Below, in pieces: positions 1 through 11,079 of a stretch of 64,000 nucleotides of DNA (within the stretch, counting starts at the first letter, position 1; each line of letters begins with the position of its first letter). The DNA is taken from NCBI GenBank assembly GCA_964470105.1, contig CAYXZI010000001.1, positions 37,521 through 101,520 of the forward strand, read 5' to 3'. Origin of the DNA: an uncultured Candidatus Saccharibacteria bacterium (lineage in GTDB: Bacteria; Patescibacteriota; Minisyncoccia; Phycocordibacterales; PALSA-1337). The notes beneath the pieces are model-generated. The model did not search any database, was not told the origin of the DNA, and was given only the letters and a program-made list of their open reading frames with translations. Both the position numbers and the translations under genes were made by a program.

Positions 1-1040
1 TATCTAGTGGACTTATATATTTCAAGTAGGGCGAAGAGTAGAGCGACTATGAGTGGACCAGCAATGAAACCGATAGGGCCAAAGTATGCTAGTCCTCCCA
101 TAACTGAAAGTAGTATAAGGAATGGATGCACATGCACTCCTCTATTTACAAGCATAGGACCTAGGAAGTTATCAATCAATCCTACAGCAAGTATTCCCCA
201 AATGAGCATACCTAGGGCGTGTAGTTTGGTACTAACAAATAGTAAATATAGTACTCCAGGCACTATAACCAAAGATGTACCTATACCTGGAATCAATGCT
301 GCCACTACAGCAAAACTACCCCATAATGCTGGGTTTGGAACTCCAAAGATATAGAAGCCTAATCCAGTTAGAAAGCCCTGTATCATTCCAACCACAAGAG
401 AACCGACAACGACTGAACGTATAGCTTGCTTTAGCTTACCGAATATTCTCTCATCATAATTGTCTGCAAGTGGGCTGAGCAGTACAACACTCTGCTTGAA
501 TTTACCTCCATCACGTAGAAGATAGAAGAGGGCAAAAAGCATAATGAATATTTGAAGTGCAAATTTAGAAACCCCAGAGAAAATAGTATCCAGATTAGCG
601 AATGACCATTCTAAGAAGTTCTGAACGTACTTAGTGATATTAAAATCATCAAAGTTATATGAAGTGAATGTTCCCCCCAACCTATTAGATAGTGATTCTG
701 AAAAAGCATTTAATGACTGTATTAATGCTGATCTATCTCCTTCATCAGTTAGACTGTAGTATAGATGCTCACTTTCAATATATATTTGTTTTGCAAGAAA
801 TATGAGTGGAGTAATTACTAATACCGCAACAATAACCAGAGTTATAAAAGTTGATAGAGAACTCGCTTGATCACCTCCAGAAAATATTCTAGATATTGAT
901 CTATGTAGAGGTCTAAACATCACAGACAAAACTAGCGCAAGAAGGAGTGAAGTTAGATATGAATAAAAAATTAGAAATGTTAGTACCGATGCACCAACAA
1001 GTATTAGTAGAAAGAAATAATAATGTGATTTATTCTCCAT
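1..1040 (-). CDS. AI-2E family transporter (runs to window edge; not in ORF track)
   Basis: Translated by hand from ATG 1040: MENKSHYYFFLLILVGASVLTFLIFYSYLTSLLLALVLSVMFRPL ... GPLIVALLFALLEIYKSTR. Multi-TM protein with a typical AI-2E C-terminus. Confidence 0.85.
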   Translation of the reverse strand, partial: MENKSHYYFFLLILVGASVLTFLIFYSYLTSLLLALVLSVMFRPLHRSISRIFSGGDQASSLSTFITLVIVAVLVITPLIFLAKQIYIESEHLYYSLTDEGDRSALIQSLNAFSESLSNRLGGTFTSYNFDDFNITKYVQNFLEWSFANLDTIFSGVSKFALQIFIMLFALFYLLRDGGKFKQSVVLLSPLADNYDERIFGKLKQAIRSVVVGSLVVGMIQGFLTGLGFYIFGVPNPALWGSFAVVAALIPGIGTSLVIVPGVLYLLFVSTKLHALGMLIWGILAVGLIDNFLGPMLVNRGVHVHPFLILLSVMGGLAYFGPIGFIAGPLIVALLFALLEIYKSTR

Positions 1041-1061
1041 TGACTTTATTATATATCGTTA

Positions 1062-1907
1062 TCATACCATATACAAATCCTGATTCATTTCCCCAACACC
1101 AATATACTCTGCTTCACCTTTCAATATCTGCTCAAATGGTCTACATGAGAAGCATCCTTTCTCGCCTTTCGGACATAGAAATTCACCCTTTTCTCTTGCT
1201 TCTTTTACCTTAATTGCTACATCATATACACGTCTATATGAGTCATCTATACTAGGTAGCTCAACTTCAATAGGTGAATCGTCTCTATCAATATACCAAT
1301 AGCTAGCACCTGTAACCTTTCTCTTTTGCAAATGCTTTAAAAGAAGTTGGTATATTGGTAACTGTAATGATTCTTCATTCTCTTCATTTTTACCCGTTTT
1401 AAAATCTAGAATATGCAAACTATCATCTTTTTCATTCCACATCAACCAATCAATCTTACCGCAGAGAATAATATTCTCTTCTTCTGAAAATGTATAGTTT
1501 GGTGGTAGGCCATTTTCTGCATCTTTAAGCTTAATGATCTTTGTTTGAAGAGGTTTAGGATTTTTTACAACCCTTTCAATCATATTGATTGCCCTACTTT
1601 TAACTTGTTCCTCTTCTTCCTTTGTCTTAAAACCTCCCTTTTTACCACTTACTTTTTTCCATGCCTTTTCCAAATCATCAATTAATGAATGATTGAAACG
1701 CTCACCTGATTTAAACCGAGCTAGTCCTTCAAGAACTTCATGTACTGCAACTCCTAAAGCTAATGCGGGGTTAACAATATTAATTTTTCTTTTAGTCTTA
1801 GGATTTTTATATACATTATGAAGATAATATGCACGGGGACATTTTATATAGTCTCCCATTGATGAATGCGAAACCCAGACTGCTTTATATGGATCATTTG
1901 ACATCAA
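1062..1907 (-). CDS. PD-(D/E)XK nuclease family protein (RecB/AddB-like, Cys-rich)
   Basis: SHSS..Y..CP N-terminus, GKIDWL..ILDFKTG core, QLPIY, C-terminal C..C..C. Confidence 0.85.
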   Translation of the reverse strand: MMSNDPYKAVWVSHSSMGDYIKCPRAYYLHNVYKNPKTKRKINIVNPALALGVAVHEVLEGLARFKSGERFNHSLIDDLEKAWKKVSGKKGGFKTKEEEEQVKSRAINMIERVVKNPKPLQTKIIKLKDAENGLPPNYTFSEEENIILCGKIDWLMWNEKDDSLHILDFKTGKNEENEESLQLPIYQLLLKHLQKRKVTGASYWYIDRDDSPIEVELPSIDDSYRRVYDVAIKVKEAREKGEFLCPKGEKGCFSCRPFEQILKGEAEYIGVGEMNQDLYMV

Positions 1908-2520
1908 CCTTATTCATTATAATCTTCTCTAGAGGTCTATCTCTTCCATCTGTTTGAGTATTAGCTATAGCATCAACAACGTCCATACCTGATATAACCT
2001 TACCGAATATTGTGTAATTATGTGGTAGTGGAACATCTTTATGCATTATGAAGAATTGACTACCATTTGTATTTGGACCGGCATTTGCCATAGCAACAAC
2101 TCCTCTCATATATCCATTCTTATATGAATCAGTATTAGGATTTAATTCATCTGCAAACTTATATCCTGGATCACCGGCACCTGTACCTGTAGGATCACCT
2201 CCTTGAATCATGAAGTCTTTGATTACTCTGTGGAAAATAACACCATTATAGAATCCTTTGTTAGCTAGTTTAATAAAGTTCGCTACAGTATTTGGTGCGT
2301 CATTATTGTATGTTTCAAAAACTATATTTCCTTTATTCGTCTCTATTGTAATTGTATTCATTGTACTTTTATTAATTTCTGGTAATACCTCTGTTGTACT
2401 TGCGACTATCAGCGTTTTTTCATCTAATGCAATAGCTGGGGCAATAGTTGGTTTTGGCCAAATATAATATATTGCGGCAAGAATAACTATTAATATTAAT
2501 AATGTATATACTTTATTCAT
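1894..2520 (-). CDS. Cyclophilin-type peptidyl-prolyl isomerase with N-terminal anchor
   Basis: [35 protein letters not shown]. Confidence 0.95.
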   Translation of the reverse strand: MNKVYTLLILIVILAAIYYIWPKPTIAPAIALDEKTLIVASTTEVLPEINKSTMNTITIETNKGNIVFETYNNDAPNTVANFIKLANKGFYNGVIFHRVIKDFMIQGGDPTGTGAGDPGYKFADELNPNTDSYKNGYMRGVVAMANAGPNTNGSQFFIMHKDVPLPHNYTIFGKVISGMDVVDAIANTQTDGRDRPLEKIIMNKVDVK

Positions 2521-2523
2521 ATA

Positions 2524-3495
2524 TTAAAGATTATATATTTCTTTTATTGTTTTTACTACTCGATCTATTGCCTCTTGAATTGTTGATTCAATAATTACTC
2601 CAGCTGCGGCCTTATGTCCCCCACCACCTAATGAAACTGCAATGACAGAGACATCATATTTCATACTTCTCATACTAACTTTTACTTTCCCCTTTTCACT
2701 TTCTATTAGAGTTATACCAATCTCTGTACCCTTAATAGATTTTATCTTATTAGATATATATCCGGTCATTATATCCTCTTCTTTTATATCATTCTTAGCT
2801 AAATCTTCGTATGATACTGATGCGATAGCTAGCTTATCATTAAACATAATCTTTAATGATGACAATGCTAGACTTTCAAATATCAAACTCTCTTTTCTAT
2901 TACTATTCTCCATTATAGATATAGTCTCTTGATAGTCTGGAGCTATCATGGCTAACTTTGATGCGATAGCTAATGTTTGAGATCCATTCGCTCCATATCT
3001 AAACCCTCCTGTATCAGTATACATACCCATAAATAGGTTCAATGCTATATCGTGATTAATTTCTACATTCATTTCTTGAAAAAGCTGGTACAACAATTCG
3101 CAAGTAGATGAATATTTAGGCTCAACGTAGTTATATCTTCCATACCCCTTATTGCTAGCATGATGGTCTATGACAATAGTCTTTAGACTGTCTGGAAAAA
3201 CAACTTTTGATTTCTTTGAGACCATTTCAATACCTCCAGAATCTAGAATTATGAAAGTATCGAAATCTTTTAGGTCAATTTCAAAAAAGTTTTTCTTGAT
3301 AATTGTTTCTACACCTGGAAAATTAAATGCGGAGGGTATATCACTATCTCCTTTTATTAAAGTTACTTTCTTTCCTTTTTGCCCTAAAGCAAACCTCATT
3401 GCCAATGCCGATCCAACACTATCTGGATCAGGATGTGGATGACAGTGCAGAAGGACATTATTTGATTTTTCTATTTCATTTATTATTTCTTTCAT
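2524..3495 (-). CDS. nrnA: DHH-family oligoribonuclease/pAp phosphatase
   Basis: HPHPDPDSVGS, IDHH, DTGGF, GGGGHKAAAG. Confidence 0.9.
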   Translation of the reverse strand: MKEIINEIEKSNNVLLHCHPHPDPDSVGSALAMRFALGQKGKKVTLIKGDSDIPSAFNFPGVETIIKKNFFEIDLKDFDTFIILDSGGIEMVSKKSKVVFPDSLKTIVIDHHASNKGYGRYNYVEPKYSSTCELLYQLFQEMNVEINHDIALNLFMGMYTDTGGFRYGANGSQTLAIASKLAMIAPDYQETISIMENSNRKESLIFESLALSSLKIMFNDKLAIASVSYEDLAKNDIKEEDIMTGYISNKIKSIKGTEIGITLIESEKGKVKVSMRSMKYDVSVIAVSLGGGGHKAAAGVIIESTIQEAIDRVVKTIKEIYNL

Positions 3496-3496
3496 A

Positions 3497-3928
3497 TTAT
3501 TTAAATATTATCGGAATCTCTATTGAATCATTATTCTCTGGTAGCATAGACTGATTATCTTTTTTAAGAATAATCTTTCCACTTGCTCCCTTAATATAGT
3601 TATTAAACTCTAGACTTCCAACAAATTTTACGAATTCATCAGTAGCCCATTCGCCTTGTGCTGTAGCATGGCTCTCAGCAATTACATTACCATATGAATC
3701 TGTTAACACAATTGGAAAGCTTCCCTCAAAAAACCATGAACCGCGTGCTCTACCAGCCACACTTAATGGTGAAGTAATTTCTGAGTCTTTAATTGGTGAT
3801 GTAATAACAATTACATTACTTTTATCAGATGGTGTTATATCTATATCAGTCGAAAAAAAGCTCGACAAATATATCGATATTCCGAATACAATCAAAACCA
3901 AAAAAATTATAAAAAGAGTTCTTTTCAT
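3497..3928 (-). CDS. Gmad2 Ig-like domain protein
   Basis: N-terminal TM; [20 protein letters not shown]. Confidence 0.8.
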   Translation of the reverse strand: MKRTLFIIFLVLIVFGISIYLSSFFSTDIDITPSDKSNVIVITSPIKDSEITSPLSVAGRARGSWFFEGSFPIVLTDSYGNVIAESHATAQGEWATDEFVKFVGSLEFNNYIKGASGKIILKKDNQSMLPENNDSIEIPIIFK

Positions 3929-4275
3929 TCTAGATCAAGACAAACGGAATTAATACAATACCTTCTACCGGTTTTGGTCGGACCATCGTTAAACACATGT
4001 CCAAGGTGTGAATTACATTTTGCACACACAATCTCAGTCCTATGCATACCATGATCACTATCTTCAATTTCCTTTACTGCATTAGGTATAGCCTGATCAA
4101 AACTGGGCCAACCTGATCCAGAATCAAACTGCGTATCTGAAGAAAATATTGGATTATCACATGCTACACACTTATATATACCATCTTTTGTCTTGTGTAC
4201 GTATTTACCAGAAAATGGCGCTTCTGTACCTTTTTCTTTCAAGACTCTTTGTTGTTCTGGTGTTAGCTTTTTCAT
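3925..4275 (-). CDS. msrB: Peptide-methionine (R)-S-oxide reductase
   Basis: [30 protein letters not shown]. Confidence 0.97.
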   Translation of the reverse strand: MKKLTPEQQRVLKEKGTEAPFSGKYVHKTKDGIYKCVACDNPIFSSDTQFDSGSGWPSFDQAIPNAVKEIEDSDHGMHRTEIVCAKCNSHLGHVFNDGPTKTGRRYCINSVCLDLE

Positions 4276-4823
4276 ATTTTACTTTTATCTAATAGTCTTT
4301 CAAATCTTTCTTGTAATTTCTCTAATTTTGGTGCAATTACTAGCTGACAGTATGGTTGATCTTTGTTGTTTTTATAGTATTCATGATGATACGACTCTGA
4401 TGGATAGAACACTATAAGGGGTTTAATCTCTGTCACAACTAGTTTATCATATGCCTTGCTATCATTTAATTCCTTTACTAATTTTTCTGCTTTTTCTTTT
4501 TGTTCTGGTGTTGTATAGAATATTGCTGATCTATATTGAGTACCAATATCATTCCCCTGACGATTAAGTGTTGTTGGATCATGTGTATTAAAAAATACAG
4601 AAAGCAAATCGTCATAAGAGATTATAGTTGAATCATATTCAATTTGTATTGCCTCTGCATGACCAGTATTTCCACCCGATACTGATTCATAATTAGGGTT
4701 ATCTGTCTTTCCACCAGTATATCCGGGAGTAACAGATATGACACCCTTAAGCATAGAGAATACTGCCTCTGTACACCAGAAGCATCCATTTGCAAATACA
4801 GCTATAGCATTATCTATCTTCAT
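4272..4823 (-). CDS. msrA: Peptide-methionine (S)-S-oxide reductase
   Basis: [22 protein letters not shown]. Confidence 0.97.
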   Translation of the reverse strand: MKIDNAIAVFANGCFWCTEAVFSMLKGVISVTPGYTGGKTDNPNYESVSGGNTGHAEAIQIEYDSTIISYDDLLSVFFNTHDPTTLNRQGNDIGTQYRSAIFYTTPEQKEKAEKLVKELNDSKAYDKLVVTEIKPLIVFYPSESYHHEYYKNNKDQPYCQLVIAPKLEKLQERFERLLDKSKI

Positions 4824-4861
4824 GTTTGTTATTATACAACATAATAGTGTATATTATTATT

Positions 4862-5575
4862 ATGATAATTTTAATTAGTATTGCAGCTTTTGCATTTACC
4901 ATTCTAGGCGGTCTATTCGCCCTAAAGTTTAAGGACAAGTTACATCTTATCCTTGGTTTTAGTGCTGGAGCAGTTATTGGAGTTGCTTTCTTTGATCTAC
5001 TACCTGAGGCTATAGAGCTTGGTGGAAACACATCGAAAGTTACAGCGGTTGTTGCTATAGGTTTTATCTTCTATATGATTCTTGATAGGTTTATAATCCT
5101 TCACTCTCATCATGACGATGAACATGAACATGCGCACAATAAGAGAGGGGTTCTCGGAGCTGCCAGCCTATCAATTCATAGTTTTCTTGATGGTATAGGT
5201 ATTGGTCTAGCGTTCCAGGTATCAACTTCTGTGGGCATGATAGTTACAACTGCAGTACTTGTACATGATTTCTCAGATGGTATCAATACCGTCAATATGA
5301 TATTGAAAAATAGCGGTGAAAAGATTAAAGCACTAAAGTGGTTAATTGTAGATGCATTAGCACCTGTCCTTGGTATATGCGCAACATTATTATTTGGCCT
5401 ATCTGAATCTTCTCTAGGAACACTTTTAGCACTTTTTGCAGGCTTCTTCCTATACATAGGTGCAAGTGATCTGTTACCAGAAAGCCACCATAGTCATCCA
5501 ACTGTGTGGACTACTGTTTTGACAGTTACGGGTATGGCCGTAATCTATACCGCTATCCGCCTAGCACAATTTTAA
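4862..5575 (+). CDS. ZIP family metal transporter
   Basis: LGFSAG, His-rich loop, HSFLDG, HDFSDG, DLLPE. Start moved to ATG 4862 behind a -10-like box. Confidence 0.9.
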   Translation: MIILISIAAFAFTILGGLFALKFKDKLHLILGFSAGAVIGVAFFDLLPEAIELGGNTSKVTAVVAIGFIFYMILDRFIILHSHHDDEHEHAHNKRGVLGAASLSIHSFLDGIGIGLAFQVSTSVGMIVTTAVLVHDFSDGINTVNMILKNSGEKIKALKWLIVDALAPVLGICATLLFGLSESSLGTLLALFAGFFLYIGASDLLPESHHSHPTVWTTVLTVTGMAVIYTAIRLAQF

Positions 5576-6236
5576 AAAAGTGGAATAGGTATTTGAATGT
5601 TATTTTTAGAGTACCCTCTTGCTTAAACCTTCTTGCAGAAGTTTTCATCTGTAGCTTTTTATCAAAAATCACCTTACCAAATTTAGATACCCTTTTCGCG
5701 GTATCTGTATCTTCACCATAGAAAACTAGTTTAGTGTTATATCCCCCTGCTTTTTTTATAATATCTGCCCGTATAAAATTATTACCACCAATAAGGACAG
5801 CTCCGTGTTTTGTAGACTGAATAATTAAATTCATCAAATGATATATATGTTTCTGAGTAAAGAGAGATACAAATCTAAATACCCTATCTCCATCATGGTA
5901 GTCATATGGCCCAGTTACAGCAACAATACCCTCTTTAAAATTATTTACACCCCTAGATAGCCAGTCTTTATCTGGCAAACAATCAGCATCAATATTTACA
6001 ATTATCTCTCCAGATGCATTCAGTCTTCCACACTCACGCGCCCAAAGAAGTCCTTTACGTGATTCTTTTACAACTTTAATTGGAAATTGTTTAGCGACTT
6101 CATATGTTTTATCCGCACTAGCATTATCAACGACAATTACTTCGAAATCTTGATAGTCCTGAGCTAGAACTGCTTTTATAGTGTTAGCTATACTTTTTTC
6201 TTCATTATGCGCTGGTATGACTACGGATAGTTTCAT
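5553..6236 (-). CDS. Glycosyltransferase family 2
   Basis: SVVIPAHNEE, VDNAS.D, DAD, GED. Confidence 0.92.
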   Translation of the reverse strand: MKLSVVIPAHNEEKSIANTIKAVLAQDYQDFEVIVVDNASADKTYEVAKQFPIKVVKESRKGLLWARECGRLNASGEIIVNIDADCLPDKDWLSRGVNNFKEGIVAVTGPYDYHDGDRVFRFVSLFTQKHIYHLMNLIIQSTKHGAVLIGGNNFIRADIIKKAGGYNTKLVFYGEDTDTAKRVSKFGKVIFDKKLQMKTSARRFKQEGTLKITFKYLFHFFKIVLGG

Positions 6237-6317
6237 ATATATGCATCATTATATTACATAGTTTTATTAAAATATGTAATTTGACTAACACGATATCACA
6301 TGTTTATATGTTATTAG

Positions 6318-6923
6318 ATGAACACGCAAGTTTTTGCCCTCATGTACATGGTGGGCATGATCGGTCTAACAATCCTACAAGGATACCTATCCTACGTAGG
6401 AAAAGCTTTCTTCGCCCGACAAATGCGAAGGAAGTACGAAAACTTCCTACCATTTACATGGCACTTCGGTGCAAGTTATGGGGATATGCTAATTGTGACC
6501 CCGGTCACAACATGCATGATATGGAAGTATGGTTCGCAATGGCAAGAAAAAACACTGGCTGTTTTTTGCGCCATTACAACCAGCATTATCTTTCACAGAC
6601 TCTGGAGTCGCGACAAAACTCCAGGCTGTCTCATACGTAAACAGCGACTAACTGCTGCTGGTTACGTCCATGTAATATACATGGGTCTATCACTGATCCC
6701 AATACTCAGCTTCTATTTCCAAACTACAACAACTGACGCAAGTTTTGTAGTTACAGTATCCAGTCTTCTAGGACTGCATGTATTTATCGGAAGTCACATG
6801 CTCTTGAGCATAATTAATCCGATAGGTTGGAAGAGTAATCTACGTGATTACCAATCTTGGATTATTGTGACTTGTTGCTGGTTGGCCTTGGTAGTAAGGT
6901 CATATCAGATGATCAACAAATGA
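6318..6923 (+). CDS. Orphan multi-pass membrane protein (GC-richer than flanks)
   Basis: 201-aa hydrophobic ORF preceded by TTGACT (6281) and followed by a terminator. Confidence 0.65.
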   Translation: MNTQVFALMYMVGMIGLTILQGYLSYVGKAFFARQMRRKYENFLPFTWHFGASYGDMLIVTPVTTCMIWKYGSQWQEKTLAVFCAITTSIIFHRLWSRDKTPGCLIRKQRLTAAGYVHVIYMGLSLIPILSFYFQTTTTDASFVVTVSSLLGLHVFIGSHMLLSIINPIGWKSNLRDYQSWIIVTCCWLALVVRSYQMINK

Positions 6924-6935
6924 GACTACCCTCTC

Positions 6936-6966
6936 GCTGCTGCCCATTCACTTGGGCGGCAGTTTT
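6936..6966 (+). terminator. Intrinsic terminator
   Basis: CTGCTGCCCA-ttcact-TGGGCGGCAG-TTTT. Confidence 0.8.
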
Positions 6967-7669
6967 ATCTAATATCCTTCCATTCTTTAACTTGTGATTT
7001 ATTGAACATTGCAAAATATATAGATTCTTTCATCCAGATATATAGAAGTTTAGGCCAGCCGATCTTATGCGCCCTTCGACCAGAATGAAGTATTAGGAAT
7101 GATGGATCATATACTGTCCTACCGATTTTCGATAGTCTTGCAAACATATCACCATCCTCTCTGGTAACTAAATCTTCTCTGAAACCATTTACCTTATCAA
7201 ATGCTGTCCTTCTTATCATTTGAAATTTACCTGGTGCTTCGCCCGAATGAAGAATATTATTTTTAATGTGATGTACAAGGTTAAAGAAAAAATACACGAT
7301 CTTATCTCCAATAGTTTCTAATTGAGGTAGTACTTGTAATCTACCTGTTAGCGCTACAATATTTTCATCTTTAAAAAGCTCTAGAATATTACCAACATCT
7401 TCAATGTATACATCACAATCAAGAAATATTAGAATATCTCCTTTTGCAACCTTTGCCCCAGCATTTCTATTTGCTGCTATAGTTTTATGTTTTTCATTTG
7501 GTGTAAGAACAATATCAGCAAACTTTTTTGCTATCTCAACTGTATTATCCAAGCTTTTATCATCAGTCACAATAATTTCATTAGGAACTTTTAATTTAGA
7601 CTTAAGCCTAGTTATTGTAGCTTCTATCGTCTTCTCTTCGTTATATGTTGGTATAATTACTGAAATCAT
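6965..7669 (-). CDS. Glycosyltransferase family 2
   Basis: SVIIPTYNEE, DDKS.D, FLDCD, RED. Confidence 0.92.
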   Translation of the reverse strand: MISVIIPTYNEEKTIEATITRLKSKLKVPNEIIVTDDKSLDNTVEIAKKFADIVLTPNEKHKTIAANRNAGAKVAKGDILIFLDCDVYIEDVGNILELFKDENIVALTGRLQVLPQLETIGDKIVYFFFNLVHHIKNNILHSGEAPGKFQMIRRTAFDKVNGFREDLVTREDGDMFARLSKIGRTVYDPSFLILHSGRRAHKIGWPKLLYIWMKESIYFAMFNKSQVKEWKDIR

Positions 7670-8265
7670 ATTTCTAAATGTTCAATTCTATTTTTTAAAT
7701 AATTCTTATATCCAAGAAATGCCGCCACGATTATTAAGAAGAAAGCTACTATTCCAACCTTACTTAAAACTGAATCTACTTGCATGTATAAATTACTGAA
7801 GAAATATCCAACCCCAATTAGTATTCCAGACCAAATGAACTGACCTATTAAGTTTACAGATAAGTATTTTACAAATGGTATTCTGACTATTCCTGCCGTC
7901 ATCAGCGTTACCAATGCAAAACCAAAGCCATTACTTATTTTGGAAACAAAAAGAATCTTATACTTATGATTATGAAAGATTCTATTAATAATACTAACTT
8001 TATCTTCCGTTATACTCACATATTTACCAAATCTAGATATAAAGCCATGTCCCCATCTTCTACCTATGTAGTACCACACAGTATCACCCATGAGATCACC
8101 GATCATCAATGCTGCATATACTGGTATAAAACTAAAATAACCAAGTTTAATTAAAACTCCAAATATCATAGATATAATAGGACCTTCTGCACAAGCAAGT
8201 ACAACAATGATTAGGTATACTAGATATTCATGATTATTTCCTACGTATATAAGCCATTCCTGCAT
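7666..8265 (-). CDS. DedA family membrane protein
   Basis: EGPI, GDLMGD.VWY.IGR.WG. Confidence 0.88.
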   Translation of the reverse strand: MQEWLIYVGNNHEYLVYLIIVVLACAEGPIISMIFGVLIKLGYFSFIPVYAALMIGDLMGDTVWYYIGRRWGHGFISRFGKYVSITEDKVSIINRIFHNHKYKILFVSKISNGFGFALVTLMTAGIVRIPFVKYLSVNLIGQFIWSGILIGVGYFFSNLYMQVDSVLSKVGIVAFFLIIVAAFLGYKNYLKNRIEHLEI

Positions 8266-8287
8266 AAATATAGTATAATACTACCAC

Positions 8288-8926
8288 ATGAAAGCTATAG
8301 CGTATAAGTACAGAGACTTTTTCTCTGATGGAGCATTCACTCTCTCAGTTATTGTCTCATTACTGTTTTTTACTTTTAGCCTTTTTCTAAATTTCTATAC
8401 AGGTAACTATGCCAGTGAAAGCGCTAGTAATGCGGTGACAGATATAATATTAAGCAACACTAAAGCTTATGATCTTGATTTTATATTTTTTTATGGAACC
8501 TATGTATTTTGGACTTTTTTTACCTTTCTCTGTCTTTCTTCACCAGGAAAAATCCCTTTTGTATTGAAGAGCGTAGCGCTCTTTATCGTAGTACGATCAT
8601 TGTTTATAAGCATGACACACATTGCCCCCTTTGGTAGTCCTGTAGTAATTGATCCGAGTAGCTGGATGAGTGAATTCACATTTGGAGGTGATCTATTCTT
8701 TTCTGGTCACACCGGTGTTCCTTTTCTCCTCGCACTTATATACTGGGAAAATAAATATTTAAGAATAATTTTTATAGCTACATCAATAATATTTGCTATA
8801 ACTGTGCTATTGGCGCACCTGCATTACACAATTGATGTTTTCTCAGCTTTCTTTATTACCTATACCATATACCATATTGCTGAGAAAATATTTTATTCAG
8901 ACAGAAAACTATTCTACAAAAGTTAG
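8288..8926 (+). CDS. PAP2_C / sphingomyelin-synthase-like membrane protein
   Basis: GDLFFSGHT and HYTIDV motifs. Confidence 0.85.
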   Translation: MKAIAYKYRDFFSDGAFTLSVIVSLLFFTFSLFLNFYTGNYASESASNAVTDIILSNTKAYDLDFIFFYGTYVFWTFFTFLCLSSPGKIPFVLKSVALFIVVRSLFISMTHIAPFGSPVVIDPSSWMSEFTFGGDLFFSGHTGVPFLLALIYWENKYLRIIFIATSIIFAITVLLAHLHYTIDVFSAFFITYTIYHIAEKIFYSDRKLFYKS

Positions 8927-10117
8927 TGCTTTACCCTTCTTATTTGCTCGTCCTGTTCTACCTATCCTGTGTATATAGTCATCGTATGTAGCTGGTATAT
9001 CAAAGTTTATAACATGACTAACGTCAGGTATATCCAATCCCCTTGCAGCCACGTCTGTAGCGACTAGTATTTGTACTTGATTCTCTTTAAAACCTTTTAG
9101 CGCTCTTTGTCTTTGACTGTGATTCTTATCACCATGTATTGATTCAGCCTTAAAACCCTTAGCAATCAGTGCTTTTGATAGTTTCTCTACACCATGTTTA
9201 GTTCTACCGAAGATTATAACCTTATTAAAATCCTCCTTAGAAAGAAGCTCACCCAAAACATCTATTTTATTTAATCCTCTAGCAACCCTCACAATATCTT
9301 GTTCAATATTCTTTGATGTATCTCTAGTCTTTACTGATATTCTAACTGGCTCAGTTAAAAATTCACCTATCATTTTTTCAATTTCTGGAGAAATAGTTGC
9401 AGAGAAAAATAGTGTATGTCGAGGTTTAGGCATACCAGCCATTAGATATCTCATATCGTTTACGAATCCCATATCTAGCATACGATCAGCTTCATCCAAC
9501 ACAATTGTTGAGAATTGATTAAGAACAATTGCCTTTCTTTCGATTAGGTCTTTTAGTCGTCCTGGTGTACCTATAATAAACTCATTTACATATCTAAGTT
9601 CAGACAACTGTTTACCAATGTATGCTCCTCCAACACAACAAACTGAGAAGATTTTCATTCCCTTAGTAAAACCGATTAATTCATTCTGTATTTGTATAGC
9701 CAATTCTCTTGTTGGAACAACAATGAGTATCTTATTTTTCCTATTCTTCAAAACCTTATCAATTAAAGGGATAAGAAAAGCCGCAGTCTTACCTGTTCCT
9801 GTATTTGCAATACCAACAATATCTTGACCCTTAAGTATATGAGGAATTGATCTGTCTTGAATTGGAGTTGGAAGTTTGTATCCTTTTCCTATAATTGTAG
9901 ATTTTAATGTTTCTTCAATATGAAAATCAGCAAATGCATGTTCTGGAACAAAGTGCTCAACCTCTTCAGTTATAGTTGCTTTGTTTATAAAACGAGCATG
10001 AGAAATATTCTCACCCTGTGAGCCTCTATTATTAGTTCTTCTATTGTTATTAAATCGAGCAGGAGGTCGGTTACTAAATCTACCCTGTGGTCGAGAATTC
10101 GAATTATTTCTGTACAT
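8909..10117 (-). CDS. DEAD-box RNA helicase
   Basis: PTPIQ, TGTGKT, PTRELA, DEAD, SAT, HRIGRTGR. Confidence 0.97.
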   Translation of the reverse strand: MYRNNSNSRPQGRFSNRPPARFNNNRRTNNRGSQGENISHARFINKATITEEVEHFVPEHAFADFHIEETLKSTIIGKGYKLPTPIQDRSIPHILKGQDIVGIANTGTGKTAAFLIPLIDKVLKNRKNKILIVVPTRELAIQIQNELIGFTKGMKIFSVCCVGGAYIGKQLSELRYVNEFIIGTPGRLKDLIERKAIVLNQFSTIVLDEADRMLDMGFVNDMRYLMAGMPKPRHTLFFSATISPEIEKMIGEFLTEPVRISVKTRDTSKNIEQDIVRVARGLNKIDVLGELLSKEDFNKVIIFGRTKHGVEKLSKALIAKGFKAESIHGDKNHSQRQRALKGFKENQVQILVATDVAARGLDIPDVSHVINFDIPATYDDYIHRIGRTGRANKKGKALTFVE

Positions 10118-10186
10118 AAATTATTATGTGAATATATATTATATTGATGATATTGTCAATATACCTGTTTATGATACTATATAGCT

Positions 10187-11074
10187 ATGATATTAAATTT
10201 ACTTAAGAAACATAGTCTATTAGCCCTAGCTATGATAATAGTAGCACTTTCTATTCTTAGCTATATAAGTATATACAAGGTATCAAACCATGTATATTCA
10301 CTAGAGCAGAGTCTTGCTTCCACAACAGAACAATTAAAGGCAGAGATATCTAAAAACAAGGAAAATTCAACAAATGATGTATACCAACTAAGGCAAAATG
10401 TTAGCGCCATTGAAAAGAAGCTTGGTGTATACAAAGAAGAGGTTGGTAACTTTTCAGATACCGTGACAACACTGCAGAAATTAAGCAAGACAGATCCTGA
10501 ACTTCTGGCAAAATATTCGAAAATATTTTTTCTAAACGAAAACTATGCACCATCTAGACTAACTGAGGTTCCAAAAGAATATACATACTCAGATTCAAAA
10601 ATATTAAAGGTGCACAACATGGTTTGGCCTAAATTAGAAGACATGATTATTGCAGCAAAAGATAGTGGGGTCGAAATTTATGTATTTTCAGCATATAGAT
10701 CTTTTAATGAGCAGCAGGCCCTTAAGCAGGATTACAAGGTTATATACGGAGCTGGTACTGCAAACCAATTTTCTGCTGATCAGGGGTACTCAGAACATCA
10801 ATTGGGTACAACAGTGGATTTAATAACTCCAGGTATTGGTGGTGAACTTGATGGCTTTGAAAACACAAAAGCATTTACCTGGCTTAACGCAAATGCGTAC
10901 AAATACGGATTCATACTTTCATATCCGAAGAATAATAAGTTTTATGTGTATGAACCATGGCATTGGAGATTTGTTGGTATTAAGCTAGCAAAATATCTGC
11001 ACAATAAAGGTAAGAATTTCTACGATATGGATCAACGCGATATTGATGAATACCTGGTTTCAATCTTTGATTAA
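10187..11074 (+). CDS. M15B D-Ala-D-Ala carboxypeptidase (VanY-like) with TM and coiled coil
   Basis: SAYRS, SEHQLG..D, YEPWHWR. Confidence 0.9.
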   Translation: MILNLLKKHSLLALAMIIVALSILSYISIYKVSNHVYSLEQSLASTTEQLKAEISKNKENSTNDVYQLRQNVSAIEKKLGVYKEEVGNFSDTVTTLQKLSKTDPELLAKYSKIFFLNENYAPSRLTEVPKEYTYSDSKILKVHNMVWPKLEDMIIAAKDSGVEIYVFSAYRSFNEQQALKQDYKVIYGAGTANQFSADQGYSEHQLGTTVDLITPGIGGELDGFENTKAFTWLNANAYKYGFILSYPKNNKFYVYEPWHWRFVGIKLAKYLHNKGKNFYDMDQRDIDEYLVSIFD

Positions 11075-11079
11075 TAAAT

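Noticed and set aside
1062-1907. Cas4 / CRISPR system
   Set aside because: No cas1/cas2 and no repeat-spacer array in the window; this is a generic PD-(D/E)XK nuclease.
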